NCBI GenBank assembly: GCA_030141605.1
Contig: JAQGDQ010001257.1
Location: forward strand, 1-51,596
Reading direction: 5' to 3'
Length of the DNA: 51,596 nucleotides
DNA from: Tubiluchus corallicola
Lineage: Eukaryota; Animalia; Priapulida
In this document: piece by piece, positions 24,852 through 38,624 of the stretch
Numbering within the stretch: position 1 is the first letter of the stretch
Layout of the letters: the number at the start of each line of letters is the position of its first letter
Translations under genes and position numbers: made by a program
Notes under the pieces: generated by a model
Told to the model about the DNA's origin: nothing
The model's input: the letters and a program-made list of their open reading frames with translations, nothing else
The model's database searches: none

Positions 24852-25808
24852 TCATTTAAGTATTGTAGACTCCAAGACACTGCCTAATCCCTTGTACAGT
24901 GAAAACATACATACTATCATTCTCACGTCACGAACTGGAGCTACACCATTTACCGACCTATGCCATGTTGCATGTACATCACTTTCAACTAATCTATTAC
25001 CATAATACCTCACAGAATCGATCCAGTCCAAATAATAAGAAATCTTTACAGCCAAATTCATTCCCACAATGTCACCGTAAAGACTAGACGATACACCAAT
25101 TACCTCTCCTGTGCTTGTTAATATCATCGGTCCTCCAGAATCACCTGGAGTAACACTACGCCCTGTATGATATGCACAAATAAGAACAGTTGAGTTAACT
25201 GGACTACATCTGCCATCAGTATATACTGTTAGTGCTGCCTTTGTCTTTGAGCCTGGCAACCCTTCTTTTCCCCATCCAACTACTGTAACATCTTCATTGC
25301 GATAGTGACTTCTGTAGCAAGCAGGCAGAGTGGCAGGTTGAAGATCATCAGTAAACTTAACAGGCTCATTCATTCGAACTAAAGCAATATCATGCTCACT
25401 AGCGTAACTCATATTCTTAACATGAATCATGTTAGCATCAAAACCTGGGTGCATCTTGTACCAAGACATCCACCGTTCTACCCTTGTCTCAAACAAGTTA
25501 TTGCTTCCCATATAAATTTTCGACTGTTCTCCTACACTTTTATCTAAAACACAGTGAGCTGCTGTCAGTATCCACAAGTTATCTATTAGAAAGCCTGAAC
25601 AAATAATAAAACCCCGGTTAAAAAAAAATCCAACCGAGTATGTAAATTCCCTCCCTGTTACTTTCTGTCCACCTTCAATCCTTGGTTCAGCTGGCCATCT
25701 TGAAGCATTGTCAGATGGAACTCTAGAAGGTGTAGATGATGTAGACAGACTTTCACATAACATGAACCACGTGGGACACGCAAACAAAACACCGACAACT
25801 AAATTCAT
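24852..25808 (-). CDS. Secreted chymotrypsin-family (S1A) serine protease, single coding exon, 318 aa
   Basis: Hydrophobic N-terminus, R|IEGG activation site, TAAHC, DIAL and GDSGGP triad motifs intact. Confidence 0.95.
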   Translation of the reverse strand: MNLVVGVLFACPTWFMLCESLSTSSTPSRVPSDNASRWPAEPRIEGGQKVTGREFTYSVGFFFNRGFIICSGFLIDNLWILTAAHCVLDKSVGEQSKIYMGSNNLFETRVERWMSWYKMHPGFDANMIHVKNMSYASEHDIALVRMNEPVKFTDDLQPATLPACYRSHYRNEDVTVVGWGKEGLPGSKTKAALTVYTDGRCSPVNSTVLICAYHTGRSVTPGDSGGPMILTSTGEVIGVSSSLYGDIVGMNLAVKISYYLDWIDSVRYYGNRLVESDVHATWHRSVNGVAPVRDVRMIVCMFSLYKGLGSVLESTILK

Positions 25809-26475
25809 GTAGGCTTTCAGTCGTCGAGGCTAAGTATTTTGATGGCACCATAACACACCCAGCTCTTACCGAGAACTGTCAAAGTATCATACACACGAAA
25901 AGCGTATTTTTCCCTCAAGGACGTGACTTTGGTTAATTGTTCAATTTGTACTGATCGTTTAAATCTTTTAGTTGAACAAAGTTTGTTACGTTCTACTATT
26001 AACAAAAGCCGCTTGGATTCACAACATTTGAGAGAATTATTGTTAATCAAATGTTTTCAAATTAATTATGTTACACATTTGGTAAAAGATACGGTTACTT
26101 GTATGCATCTGTCCAAATGAGAGTCGATTACATCGATACCTGATCCTGCAGGTCTAGGTTTGGGCTTGAGCACATTCTACAAGTGAATTTTGAATGAAAA
26201 TCTCAAAATGTCCAAAAATATTCGTCTGAATCAGCGACGAATACAAAACTCTATAGTTGTCAAGTAATGCCAGCAAAGCTTTCCTGTTTGTAAAACACAG
26301 AAATTAAAAAATATAGAAGTTGCAATGGCTAATGTAGCTGGATCCATAGACTGCACAAGCTGTAGAAGAAAGAACTCTTGAAAATGAAGAACAGACAGAT
26401 TCTATGTGACGTCATAATACGACGCTGCAACACTTGAAAAAGCAGAAGCAGACGTCATTAATGAGATGACATCAG

Positions 26476-26690
26476 AGTGTAGAAGTATACAGAATTTATT
26501 CTTGCAAAACGTGAATGTAGAAGTGTACAGAACTTATTCTTCCAAAGCATGAATGCAGAAGTATGACGAATTTATTTTTGCAAAGCACGAATATAGCAGC
26601 GAACAGAGTTTATTCTTGCAAATCATGAATGCACAAGTGTATGGAATTTGTTCTTGCAGGGCACCAGTGTAGAACGGTACGAATTTTATT
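26476..26690. repeat. Diverged 38-bp tandem repeat, about 6 units
   Basis: Consensus AATGTAGAAGTGTACAGAATTTATTCTTGCAAAGCATG. Confidence 0.75.
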
Positions 26691-28882
26691 AGCAGAACCA
26701 TGTTTCGTCATTCAGATGTAGAGATCTCTCGCTCAGCTTGTTGAGCAACTTCTCTCTGATAGTAAAAGTTGCACATATGAAAGGTTTAGCAACTTATCTG
26801 ACAAGTTAACTCTCAGCAACTCTTGCTTTGTTTGCAATAAGTTCCCAAACCGATCATATGTGCAACATTCTTTTCTGAGAGAGAAATTGCGCAACAAGTT
26901 GCAAGAGAAGTCTCTACGTCTGAATGCACCACTAGAGTCACATTGCCCTGAAGCCATTTCCATTTTGTGAGAAAATTTTCCATCTTAATAAACAGTTCCT
27001 TTTGCAACAACGTTCACAAATAAAAAATAAATAAACAAAAATAACATTAAGTAATAGACATGTGAAAATAACTCTGATTAAAATAAATGATTTTTTTATA
27101 CTTCTTATAACTGGTATTTTGGTGGTTTGTGTTAAAAAATCTGCTGTGTATCCCCAGTTTCTTATAAAAGTTCAAATAAAAACAGTTATGTAATATACTA
27201 ACATATGTATAATCCTATTTAAGAAACTGTATAGTACATCATGTAGTGCTATTAGTAACAGTTTTAAAATGTTAGACATTTACTACAAAGTGAATTATTC
27301 ATTATTTGGTATAAAGCTGGTTTCTAAGTAATATACAATATATATATGGACCATTGTGCTAGCGTTTTATTCCGTTCTATTGTATAATTTAAAGACCAGA
27401 AAACAAGAAATTGTCCTCCACTTGCATCAGCCATCTGATGCTGTACCTGATACAGTAATTATCCCATCATCATCAACTTTTAATTGATCAAATTTTACTG
27501 CTGGGTAATTGATCGTCTTTTGTTACCCAAAAAGGTCATTATTGCAATTTACAAATTGTTATTACACTGTTAAGTATTTGAAAATTTATTTTTATAAATA
27601 TAATTTTTGGTTATTAATTATTTTTGTAAATATATTTTCGTTGAGGTCTTTTACATATGTTCTGTTAGCTATTTTATATATTGTAGGTGTATATTATACT
27701 TAGAAACTCACTATATTTTTACACTGACCCAACTTATCCAACATTTAGGTGCTGGGTTCAACTCTCCTAATTTTACTTTTTTAATGCACTGTTTTTCTAA
27801 GCGCATACTATAGTTTTTCTCTATGTCTGATTGGATACATTTGTATGATTGTTAAATACAGACAAATTATTTTTTACAAATTATTATTAAGGATAATACA
27901 ATAAAGACGAGGCACTGAACTGGCCGAGGTGTCTCAGCCATGTGTGGGTCATGATTAATCAGCCTCGCTCAACAGGTAGATAGCCAAAGGTATTATATTG
28001 TTATAATAGAATTCGTTAAATTATTTAATAAAATCAATTATTTTATGTCTTCTGTTAAAAAACTTCTTATTAGCTTATGTTTTAACTCAGCTTCTTTGTA
28101 GAATCTCCCACTATCTTAATTCAGGTGGCTGGAATGGAACCTAGTTCATCAAAAACGGCAGTTCGAAGTTGAGACCACTGACCAAGCAAGAGCCGCATTG
28201 AGATGCGTATACAACCTACATCAGAGAGGTGATTAGTCAGAGGAGGTACGGCAGCAGTGTCACCTGTCCAGCTGCTAACCAAATGTGCTGCTGCTTGGCT
28301 TGCGTAACAAAGTGTTGCTAATAGCTGCGCCTGGTCTTATATCTCTTCACTTTGCCCAAAACATCTTTTCCGGCAGCTCATTTCTTCTACATGAGAAATT
28401 ATTTGCTTTCATTGCTTTAAGTTAGGAAATGCTGAGTTTGATAAGTAAATGGATGGGGGATGCCGGAAAAACTTATGACAGTATGCTGCATCCAGCTATT
28501 TTCTCATTTGAGGCTGGATGCATATACATCAGAATGTATGAAGGCACCTCTTCTGATCCAGTGGCTAATCGTAGAGTTACTTTTGTGCTACGTTCTGGTT
28601 CCACCACACTCTTTTCAAGTAAGTGATCCCTGACGTGTATTTTTAGATCCTGTGTCCTGTGTGACAAGTAAAAAGTGTGATAGGCAGCTCCCTTTTCTTG
28701 GCAGCTGCCTATTCATTTACTATCAATAATGAGTGATGCTTAACTTTCGTAAGCAAGCACACAGCATAACCAGTCGACTATATAATTTGTCCAATGTAAA
28801 AATTATGCATTTTTCGTGATCACAAGGATGCACATGCTACTGAAATATATAAGAAAAAATACAATCTACTACTGCCTTATTC

Positions 28883-30828
28883 TTAATTTATCATAACTAT
28901 ACATTTCGTGCAAATACAAAATTATATCTTAGGTATACGATTTATTAATACATTTTAACTTATAATACCAATGAAAGTGGTTAGTGAATTAGTGACCATG
29001 AATTGGAAATACTTGTTAGCCACACCAGAAAGGCTATTTTAAAGTAGGTCTAAAAAAACGTTGCGTACAAAGTTTATTACTTTGATTTACGCTTACTTGT
29101 GTGAAAGACTTTCGTAACTAGAAAAGAGAGTTCTTGGTAGGCTAAAACATTCTTGTGACTGTTTGAAATATAAAGGATTTTTTTGTTCTTCAAAAGAACA
29201 CGTATGACATGTGTATTCTCTGCTACAAAATTACACTGATTACTTGGACACAGGTCCTATTTCAGCTCAAGCGAGGCCCGGGGAAGTGGGTCGTGTGAGG
29301 CCCCGGGGAGGGGGGGGGGTGGCAAAAAGCTCCTGGGAGAAGCATTTTGGCAGAGAAAATATGGAGTTATGCAGTTGTTAAAGGAAAGAACAATTGAAAG
29401 AAAAACTGCTACCTAGGCGCAGGCCCCTGGAGGGTGAGGCCCCGGGGAAGTATCCCACGCGAAGTAGGCCCTGCTTAGACCTCTTGAAAAATCAAAAACT
29501 ATTAAACTGACTGGCGTTAAGAAAAACTTTTCAGTGCGAAAATAAGAAATTTAAAGTAACAATCAACCAAAAAATTCATCAGTGCAGGAGATATGCATTT
29601 GAAAACAAACAAGAAATTCAGTAAACACAATAGAAAAATATTACAATGCAGAAATGAAAAGAAAATTAAAAATTTTCAAAGGAACGATATTTTTAACAAC
29701 AAACTCAATACAATTAAAAATGTTTATAGGCAAAATTGAAAAACAAAATCAACGTTTAAAAAAAGTGTTCAAAAATTCTAAAATTGAATTCTAAGGATGT
29801 TTTCTTTTCATAACTTTAAACTAGTGAACTGCCACATGAGTCAGGCAGCAAGGCTAAAAAACCACAAACTTCTAGTGAGGACAAATTCATAATTAAACTC
29901 TTTTACCATTTACTATTTCCTTGCGCATGTATAAGACGTTCCCCAGCTAACCTGCTAGCACCGTAGAGGTTGGTACTTGTTTACAGGGCGCATCTATCTA
30001 TACGCAAACTAGGCTGTAGTTTAGGGCACCAAATTTTGAGGGGTGCCAGAAGGGTTTAGGGATCCAGCGTAAGAAATTCTCCACAGGAAATGCGCATTCC
30101 TTCATCTAAAACACATATTTCATAATTTACGTAGTTTCAGCGACCGTTTTTATATAAGTGTTATAACAGCAAGCAAGGATACAATTACTTCAAAAATGGT
30201 AGTACACCACAAGCAGTTGTTCAGTTTGCTTTGGATATAAGCATTGTGTAAATACATGTACTTCACAACAACCAAATAGGTAATACTGATAAATTACAAC
30301 TTAATTGTGTACTGCACTTCATAATATAGTTAACCATAAATCCGTAAGAGAGATGTGCAGGCTGATGATATGTCAGCTAAGGGTGTCATAACATTGTGAT
30401 TCGCCTTTACATACAGCAATTATTGTGAAATATTTTACCAAGTTGTATGAAGAGAGCAGTTGCAATATATATGGCTTCCAAACAATTGTAATGCTATTTT
30501 AATATAGCTCAATGTAAATTAAACACACTGGGTCGTTTCTTCTCCACTTTTAGTTCTTCGAATCCCTTAGCTTACTATGTTTTACCATCATTTCTACTAA
30601 CCCTCGCCATTTTTTGATTCACTCATTTGTGCCCACCTTAACAAGTCAAGCTTTCAAGGTGTCATACAGCAACTCTTTTATTTGGTTAATTTGACTTCAT
30701 CAATATTTTTTACCTATACTGTTTCTTTTTTTCAATAATATTGTATGTTGATGTATTGTATATGTATTGCTGGAGTGAAATAAATTGATTGAATGATGAG
30801 AGTCACGTTAAGAAAACTTAGAAAGCTA
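28883..30828. repeat. Old direct duplication, copy 1 (partner 34684-36353)
   Basis: Collinear anchors TTAATTTATCATAACTA, AAATAAGAAATTTAAAGTAACAATCAAC, GGGTGCCAGA, TGTGAAATATTTTACC, GTTAAGAAAACTTAGAA. Confidence 0.85.
29251..29473. mobile_element. hAT-type MITE (223 bp)
   Basis: TIR CAGGTCCTATTTC / GAAGTAGGCCCTG (11 of 13 match); degenerate 8-bp TSD CTTGGACA / CTTAGACC; internal GAGGCCCCGGGGA repeats. Confidence 0.75.
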
Positions 30829-31417
30829 AGTGTGATATGCATCTACATGCTCGTGGCTAAAACACGTCTACTAGTTGACTGCTTTTAAGATATAAGCAAA
30901 TATTTATTTTAAAACAAACGCAGTCTGTGCAAACTCTCCACGCTAAATTAAAAAACAAAAGCTATATTTACATAATAAATATTAATTTTATTGTAACAAT
31001 AATTTATCCTGACAAACATGGGGAAATCTGGAGAGGATTAGCAATAGAGTTCCTGGCACTTATGGTTGGCCACTGCTCAGTTGATAAAAGAACACTAATA
31101 ACAATTGCAAGCTAACAAAAACTTCCTTTTTCAACTTCAAGACTTTTTTAACACAGAAATTCCCCGTCTCAAAATGAGCACCTTGTTTGTTTAAAAAGGA
31201 ATAAATCACATGCAGGAAAGACTGTCAGAAGTTTTACAGTCTGGGATGAATCTTTCACTATGTTATGATGAGGCTCAATTATTAACTTTAAATTTACGAC
31301 ATTGATTCGTAACTATCACTTTCTAACATAGCTGCTTTTAGCCACGTAGCACTTTTGCTGAATGACTATGGCGGTGCTAATGTCTTTTTATGTAGAATAG
31401 CTGTATTAGTGGCATTT

Positions 31418-33942
31418 TTACAGGTAAAAAAGGTAACTTGCTAAAACTAAAAATACTAATAGAAAGACTTCATTCAGTTTACATTGTGTGCCATACAGCT
31501 CACTTGAAGAGCTAGTTGATGTTGTAGTGATTGAGTTCTTTGTAGGTGGCCTAGTGGTTGAACTCACTGTACATGGCTTACTAGTTGAGCTCACTGTAGG
31601 CGATCCAGTGGTTGAGTTCTCTGTAGATGGCTTAGTAGACGGCTTACTGGTTGAGTTCTCTGTAGACGGCTCAGTGGTTGAGTTCTTTGTAGACGGCTTA
31701 CTAGTTGAGTTCTCTGTAGATGGCTCAGTGGTTGAGTTCTCTGTAGACGGCTTACTACTTGAGTTCTCTGTAGACGGCTCAGTGGTTGAGTTCTCTGTAG
31801 ACGGCTTACTAGTTTAGTTCTCTGTAGACGGCTCAGAGGTTGAGTTCTCTATAGACGGCTTACTAGTTGAGTTCTCTGTAGACGGCTCAGTGGTTGAGTT
31901 CTCTGTAGACGGCTTACTAGTTGAGTTCTCTGTAGACGGCTCAGTGGTTGAGTTCTCTGTAGATGTCTCAGTGGTTGAGTTCTCTGTAGATGGCTTAGTA
32001 GACGGCTTGCTAGTTGAGTTCTCTGTAGATGGCTCAGTGGTTGAGTTCTCTGTAGATGGCTTAGTAGACGGCTTACTACTTGAGTTCTCTGTAGATGGCT
32101 CAGTGGTTGGGTTCTCTGTAGATGGCTTAGTAGACGGCTTACTAGTTGAGTTCTCTGTAGATGGCTCAGTGGTTGAGTTCTCTGTAGATGGCTTAGTAGA
32201 CAGCTTACTACTTGAGTTCTCTGTAGACGGCTCAGAGGTTGAGTTCTCTGTAGATGGCTTAGTAGACGGCTCAGTTGTTGAGTTCTCTGTAGATGGCTCA
32301 GTGGTTGAGTTCTCTGTAGACGGCTCAGTGGTTGAGTTCTCTGTAGATGGCTCAGTGGTTGAGTTGTCTGTAGATGGCTCAGTGGTTGAGTTCTCTGTAG
32401 ATGGCTCAGTGGTTGAGTTCTCTGTAGATGGCTCAGTGGTTGAGTTGTCTGTAGACGGCTCAGTGGTTGAGCTCTCTGTAGACGGCTCAGTGGTTGAGTT
32501 CTCTGTAGACGGCTCAGTGGTTGAGTTGTCTGTAGATGGCTCAGTGGTTGAGCTCTCTGTAGACGGCTCAGTGGTTGAGTTCTCTGTAGATGACTCAGTG
32601 GTTGAGTTCTCTGTAGATGGCTCAGTGGTTGAGCTCTCTGTAGACGGCTCAGTGGTTGAGTTGTCTGTAGATGGCTCAGTGGTTGAGTTCTCTGTAGATG
32701 ACTCAGTGGTTGAGTTCTCTGTAGATGGCTCAGTGGTTGAGTTGTCTGTAGATGGCTCAGTGGTTGAGTTGTCTGTAGACGGCTCAGTGGTTGAGTTCTC
32801 TGTAGATGGCTCAGTGGTTGAGCTCTCTGTAGACGGCTCAGTGGTTGAGCTCATTGTAGACGGCTCAGTGGTTGAGCTCATTGTAGATGGCTCAGTGGTT
32901 GAGCTCATTGTAGATGGCTCAGTGGTTGAGCTCATTGTAGACGGCTCAGTGGTTGAGTTCGTTGTAGACGGTTCAGTGGTTTGGTTTGTTGCATCGTAAC
33001 AATAGTCAAAGTCTGTTTTTGTAGCTGTTTTGTAATTTCCATTTTCTGATTGTCGGCATTGAAAATCTCTTGCTAGCTCCCACGGTTTGTTGAAAACCCA
33101 ACTGATGTCACAGTCACATGTGAATTTATTTCCTATAAAAGTGGCAGCGATGATAACAACAACAGCAAAACAACGATTAAAGTACAAAACTTATAAGAAT
33201 AGTGAAAGAACTTTTACCTAAAGCATCACATAAGACAAACTTGCTCACCTATTATAAGGACACTGTTTTCATTAAATTTTATGACACATAAATGTATTCA
33301 ATTGACCACACTGGCTTCATGCTCTGCTGAAAGTTTGTTAGTCAAAAATTTGAATTGAACTCACCCCAAAAGTAAATCTGTAGAAAATTGCTGCTATTCA
33401 GTACGCTGCTGTGTAGTCTTGGCTCCTTAAGTGTTTCTATAGATGTCTGGTCAATGTAAATTTCAGTCAGATTTGGACTTTGCGTAAAATTCAAGTGCCC
33501 AGTAATCGATGTCAGCTGGTAGCAGTCCCAAATGCCGAGACCCTCCAGCTTGGAATGCCATTGAGTCAATTGTCTCTAAAGCAGTGAGCATATAAAACAT
33601 TAATCTCCTGACGTCAGCTGCTATACTGGTTTTATTGATGCGTTTCAGCTTCTTGGAGTGACCTATGCGCAAAATCTCGATCTCCTTTCCTGCCAAAAAT
33701 TTGTCTGGAAATTCACTGTTCGAATAGTCGTAAATATGGAGCCCGTAGATATCTTCTGGTAATGTGTTTGAAATATTCTGTACGTCTGTTAAGGACAAAT
33801 ATTGCCAAGAGCAACGCATTTCTGTCTTTTTACTGGAAAACTCTTCGCATTCGCACTGCCAAGACGGATCATCACATGGTCTCGATCCACTCACCGTGAT
33901 CAGAGACACCAGATAAAATCCAACGTTGATTGGCGACTTCAT
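31418..33942 (-). pseudogene. LRR protein with mucin stalk and hydrophobic C-terminus (signal-LRRNT-LRR-LRRCT-S/T stalk-GPI/TM tail), two exons, disrupted
   Basis: Exon A 33942-33365 (cag|ATG; donor TGGG|gtgagt); exon B 33132-31418 (tag|GA, GNKFTCDCDISW); frameshift near 33552; TCA>TAA at 31814-31816; the frame continues to VFLLVFLVLASYLFYL-stop. Confidence 0.8.
31530..32985 (-). repeat. Coding 30-bp tandem repeat (TEPSTENSTT-type) with 42-bp variants
   Basis: ORF 31814-33187 translation. Confidence 0.95.
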
Positions 33943-34683
33943 CTGTGGCACAAATAATTGGAACAGCAATGAAAATCAAAGTTAACTCTTCTGAAATGGT
34001 CCAGCCACGTTTCTCAACTTGAACCAAGCTAAGATTAATTCACACTTTCAGTTTTGTCGTGTAAAATAAAAGCAGATTTATAAATCACTAAGAATCGTCT
34101 AGTTTGTTGTAAGTAACTAAGACAGAGCAATAATAGTTCTAATATTGATTCACAATTAGCAGCACTTGATATAGAATCTTTAGTAATAAGGCAACAAAGT
34201 TTCATCCAAATTTCACCACAAAGTAACGAAGAATGCTGCCAGTACTGAGCTGCTTTTAAATATTTCTCCAAATGATGGTAAAATGTTCTGTATCCTTCTT
34301 TTAAATTGAAACTGCCTTTCCTGAGTCACTGGTGTTGATAGTCTTAAACTTGCACACGTTGCATTATTTTGTGCATATGATATCACATGTTTAAAAGTTA
34401 ATGCTTTGAAATTAGGTTTGTTTATGTCGAGCATAATATAGACATTAACTGTCTACCAGAAACATTTTTGTTTGTGTAGTATTCATACAATAATCAAAAT
34501 GCACAAAATGTCAAGTTTACTCTGATATATGTAATTTTCATTGTATGCAGAAATTATATTTGGGAATTTACAAAACGCGAGCATTTGAAATATGGGTGTG
34601 CGAAAGGTACGAATGACTAATACGTATAGAAAATCTACCTGTAGACCTAATATACAAACTGCATATAAGGTACTATGTTTTTG

Positions 34684-36353
34684 TTAATTTATCATAACTA
34701 CACATTTGCTGCAAATATAAAACCATATCTTAGGTAACAATTTATTACTATGCTTTAACTTGTAACACCCAAGAAAATGATCAGTGAATTAATGATCATA
34801 AATTATTAATGCTTGCTAACCACATCAGAATAGGAATTTTAAACTATGTCACTAAATTTTCCACAAAGTTTATGACTTAGAATTATTCTTACAAGCACTT
34901 TCTTGTACTTTAAGAGAAAACATATGACAAAATTACACAAATTCTTGCTGTGGCTTTGTTTATAATTGTTTACTTTATAATTGTAAATACATATAAACTA
35001 GAATGCTATCTTGCAAAAATGTACAATTACATAAGTAAAAAATGTGCTGAACATATGGAAAATATTCTAGTACCCGGAGAAAAATTCAAAAATCCGAAAT
35101 GGCAACCAAAATTATTATATTTTAAAAATCATTTCTGTACCAACATTTTTGAAATTTGTGAAAAATCGAGAACTATTTAACAACAACATGATTAAAATTA
35201 GGAAAACTTACAATGCAAAAATAAAAAATAAGAAATTTAAAGTAACAATCAACACAAAAATGCATTTCAGAAATAACTAATATTCATTTGAATGCAACCA
35301 ACAATAAATCTCTAAACATAGCCTAAGGCAAAAATGCTCCAATGCAAAAATTAAAAAATGTTAAATAATTTATAAAAATAATCAACTTGTCCTCAAATTG
35401 TTTTGACAACAAACTCTTTGCAATAAAAAAAATTTAGGCAAAAATGAAAAACAAAATGTCCAATACGAACATACAAGATTCACTTCCGTAAATGCTAAGC
35501 AATAGAATCATTTTAAGTGCTGTGAACAACTGAATTCCTGATTTGCACCACGTTTATACCCAGGAAGCAGATATACCATAAACCAGTAGTTTTCAGCTAA
35601 ATATTTTCCTGCTTGCAAAATTTAAACGAGGTTGTTGCAAGAGCCTGTTGAATATCCTTAGAATAACAGAAATCATTTAAATGTTCAATAATTCTAAAAT
35701 AGAATTCTAATAATGATTTTCTATCCATGACTTAAAATAGGTATCATATCAGTCAGGCAACCAGGCTAGCAAACTTGGACTGAAGTCAATTTCATAATTA
35801 AACTCTCACCATCTGCTATTTGCATGAGACATTACCCAGCCAACCAATCAGCACCTTAGAGAGTTATACTTGTTTGAAGGGGGCGTATCTACCAAAAGGC
35901 TAACAGCTGTAGCCAAGAACATCAAATTGTGAGGGTGCCAGATTTTAGGGTCCCAGTGTTAAAATTTTTTATTCCCACACGTGTCCTTTCGTCTAAAGTG
36001 AGTATTTATAATACCCCACAAGCAGTTACGTTGACTGCTTTTATATAAGCACCACAATTGTTTCATGAAAGTTACTACTGACACAGACTACTTCAGCGAT
36101 AAGTGCTATTCAAATACAAGCAATTAACAAGAACCATGTAAGTAATAGAGAGGAGCTACTAATATACCACAGAACAATCTATACTGGGCTTTATATTATA
36201 CTGATAACCATAAATTCATATGGGAGATGGGCAGGATTAAACTGTCAGCTTAGGACGTCGAAATGTCTCGATATGCCCTTGATCAGAGCAGTTGCTGTGA
36301 AATATTTTACCGAGCTGTACGAAGTGCCATGTTAAGAAAACTTAGAATAGCTG
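34684..36353. repeat. Old direct duplication, copy 2 (partner 28883-30828)
   Basis: Same anchors as copy 1. Confidence 0.85.
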
Positions 36354-36558
36354 ACTAATGTTGTTTCACGCTGGCAAAATTGCATATGTGTCACAGTTAT
36401 AAGGTTTCTTTCCCAAGTGACTGATTTAAACTGTACACAAATGAGTAAAAGTTGCAGCCCAGTGAGTTGGTTCTTAGGTGTTATTTCAAACTACTTATAA
36501 CAGCAGAGCAAGCATCACACTTTTAAGGCTTAGATTCTCCAGTAGCACAGCATGACAA

Positions 36559-38339
36559 TCAAGACCTCTGTAAGACACGTTTGCGGTGAGCTTTTGAATG
36601 ACGTTGTAAAGTGACTGAATCAACGAATGTAGCATCACAGTCAACACACTTAAAAGGCCTTTCTCTTTTGTGACTTTGTAAGTGGTATACTAATTGATTA
36701 GGATGTGCAAAAGTAACATTACACTCTGTTTTCTGTTTGGTATGACTTTTCAGATGGCTGCTCAGTTGCCCCAATCTAGCAAAAGCTAAATCACACTGAT
36801 TACATTGAAATGGTTTCTGTCCTGAGTGAGTTGCAAAATGACATTTTAAGGTATCTGCAGAAGTGAATGCAGCATCACATAAGTGACACTTAAAAGGTTT
36901 TTGTCCTGTGTGGTTTAAAACGTGAGCTTTCAGTTTCCCAGAATGAGTAAATCCTGCGCCGCAATCATTGCACAGATATGGTTTTCTGAAGATGTGAATG
37001 GATACATGTAATTTTAGATACCCAGACGAAGCAAAAGAAGCGTCACACAAATGACACTTGTAAGGCTTTTCTCCCGCGTGAGTCCTGAGATGCCGTTTTA
37101 AATGATTTGACCTTGCAAATGCGCAGCCGCACTGATCACATTGATAAGGTTTTTCTCCGGTGTGACGTCTTTCGAGTTCGGTTAAATTGTATCGATATTT
37201 GAAGGAAGCATCACAGTGTTTGCACTGAAAAGGTCGTTTGCCTGTATGCACTTGCAAGTGTTTTTTCAAATGACTGACATTCATAAAAGATGCACCACAC
37301 TGATCACACTGATAAGGTTTTACTCCTAAGTGACTTCTATTGTGCCGTCTCAAATTACTCAAATAGTGGAAAGAAGCATTGCACAGTTCACAATGAAAAT
37401 GCCTTTCGCCCGTGTGAGTCATCACGTGTTCTTTAAAATAATTAGCACTGGAAAAAGCAGCATTGCACTTATCACACTTGTAAGGATTTACCTCCGAGTG
37501 AATTCTTCTATGTCATTCTAAATTACCCGAATAACGAAATGAAGCCTCACACTCTTCACAGTGAAAACGTATTTTTCCAACACGAGCTCTTAGATGTTGC
37601 TTCACATAACACATATCAGCAAAAGCAGCTCCACATTCATCACACTTGTAAGGTTTCTCTCCTAAATGAATCCCTTGGTGACGCTTTAAATTGTCAAAGT
37701 ATCGGAACGAAGCTCTGCACTGCATGCAGTAAAAGCGCTTTGCCTTCGCGTGTGTTTCAAATGGCCCGACTGACCAAAAGCAGCATCACACTGATCACAA
37801 TTAAAAGGTTTCTGTTTTGTGTGAATTTTTAGATGTTCTGTCAAATGACTAGAGTCTGTAAAAGTAGAATCACAGTGGCTGCACTTGAAAGGCTTTGTGT
37901 AAATTGCAGCACGTTCGTTCAACTTCGGAGACTCAGTAAGCACAGTTTTGCAATGTGCTGCTTCAGCAGTATTTATCATGAGGGCCTTTTCATCAATTTT
38001 AGCACGGTAATCGTCGCCGTTATCAACCGAAACAAAACTTGCCCCTAAGGCAGGCATACTGTCATTTTGTAGGAAGCCTTTTACAGAATCAAATGAAACA
38101 ACGTACTCGCTTTTTATCTGTTTGTATTTGCCTTGAGTATCATGAGTGACTGTTACACCATCGTTCCTCTTTCGCACCTCGTTCTGGACGGAAACAGTCG
38201 GCTCAGTTTTTACAAGCAAACACTCGGTTTGTTCGTTTAATCTTTTCGACTCATTACTGTTGTTGTGGTTTTCAAAAAACTTCTCTGTATCAGCAGCCTC
38301 AACAGCTGCACAAACTGTGTGAACATCCCATTCCGTCAT
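36559..38339 (-). pseudogene. Tandem C2H2 (Kruppel-type) zinc-finger gene, about 16 fingers, disrupted
   Basis: HTGEKPY-type linkers; frameshifting deletion in finger 2 near 37750; TGA at 37513-37515 followed in frame by HRRIH; several fingers lack a Zn ligand; acceptor upstream at 38355. Confidence 0.85.
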
Positions 38340-38624
38340 TATTGACGTCTTTTTCTGCAAAAAGAAACAGCAGCGCTAAATTTATTCTGATTCATTACCC
38401 TGTGATTATGCGTAATCGCAATATTAGCAAAATAATTATTGAAACTTCTGTAATAAGTTTTATTGGATATTTTACGTTATTGGGACCAAAATGTACGTCA
38501 CTTCCGAACAAGTTTAACAAGAATTCGCAAAGGAAAATAAAGTACCTTTTTAATTCTTTTAATTTTAACATTACGCTAATTGAAAATACAAGTAGAAAAT
38601 CACTAATGAAATTTACGTCTAACG

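Noticed and set aside
25817-28720. Short ORFs as transposase or gene fragments
   Set aside because: No recognisable motif; cannot be supported without a translated search
31488-32999. Plus-strand VVEFSVDGS repeat ORFs
   Set aside because: Antisense shadow of the mucin stalk, which has splice and domain support on the minus strand
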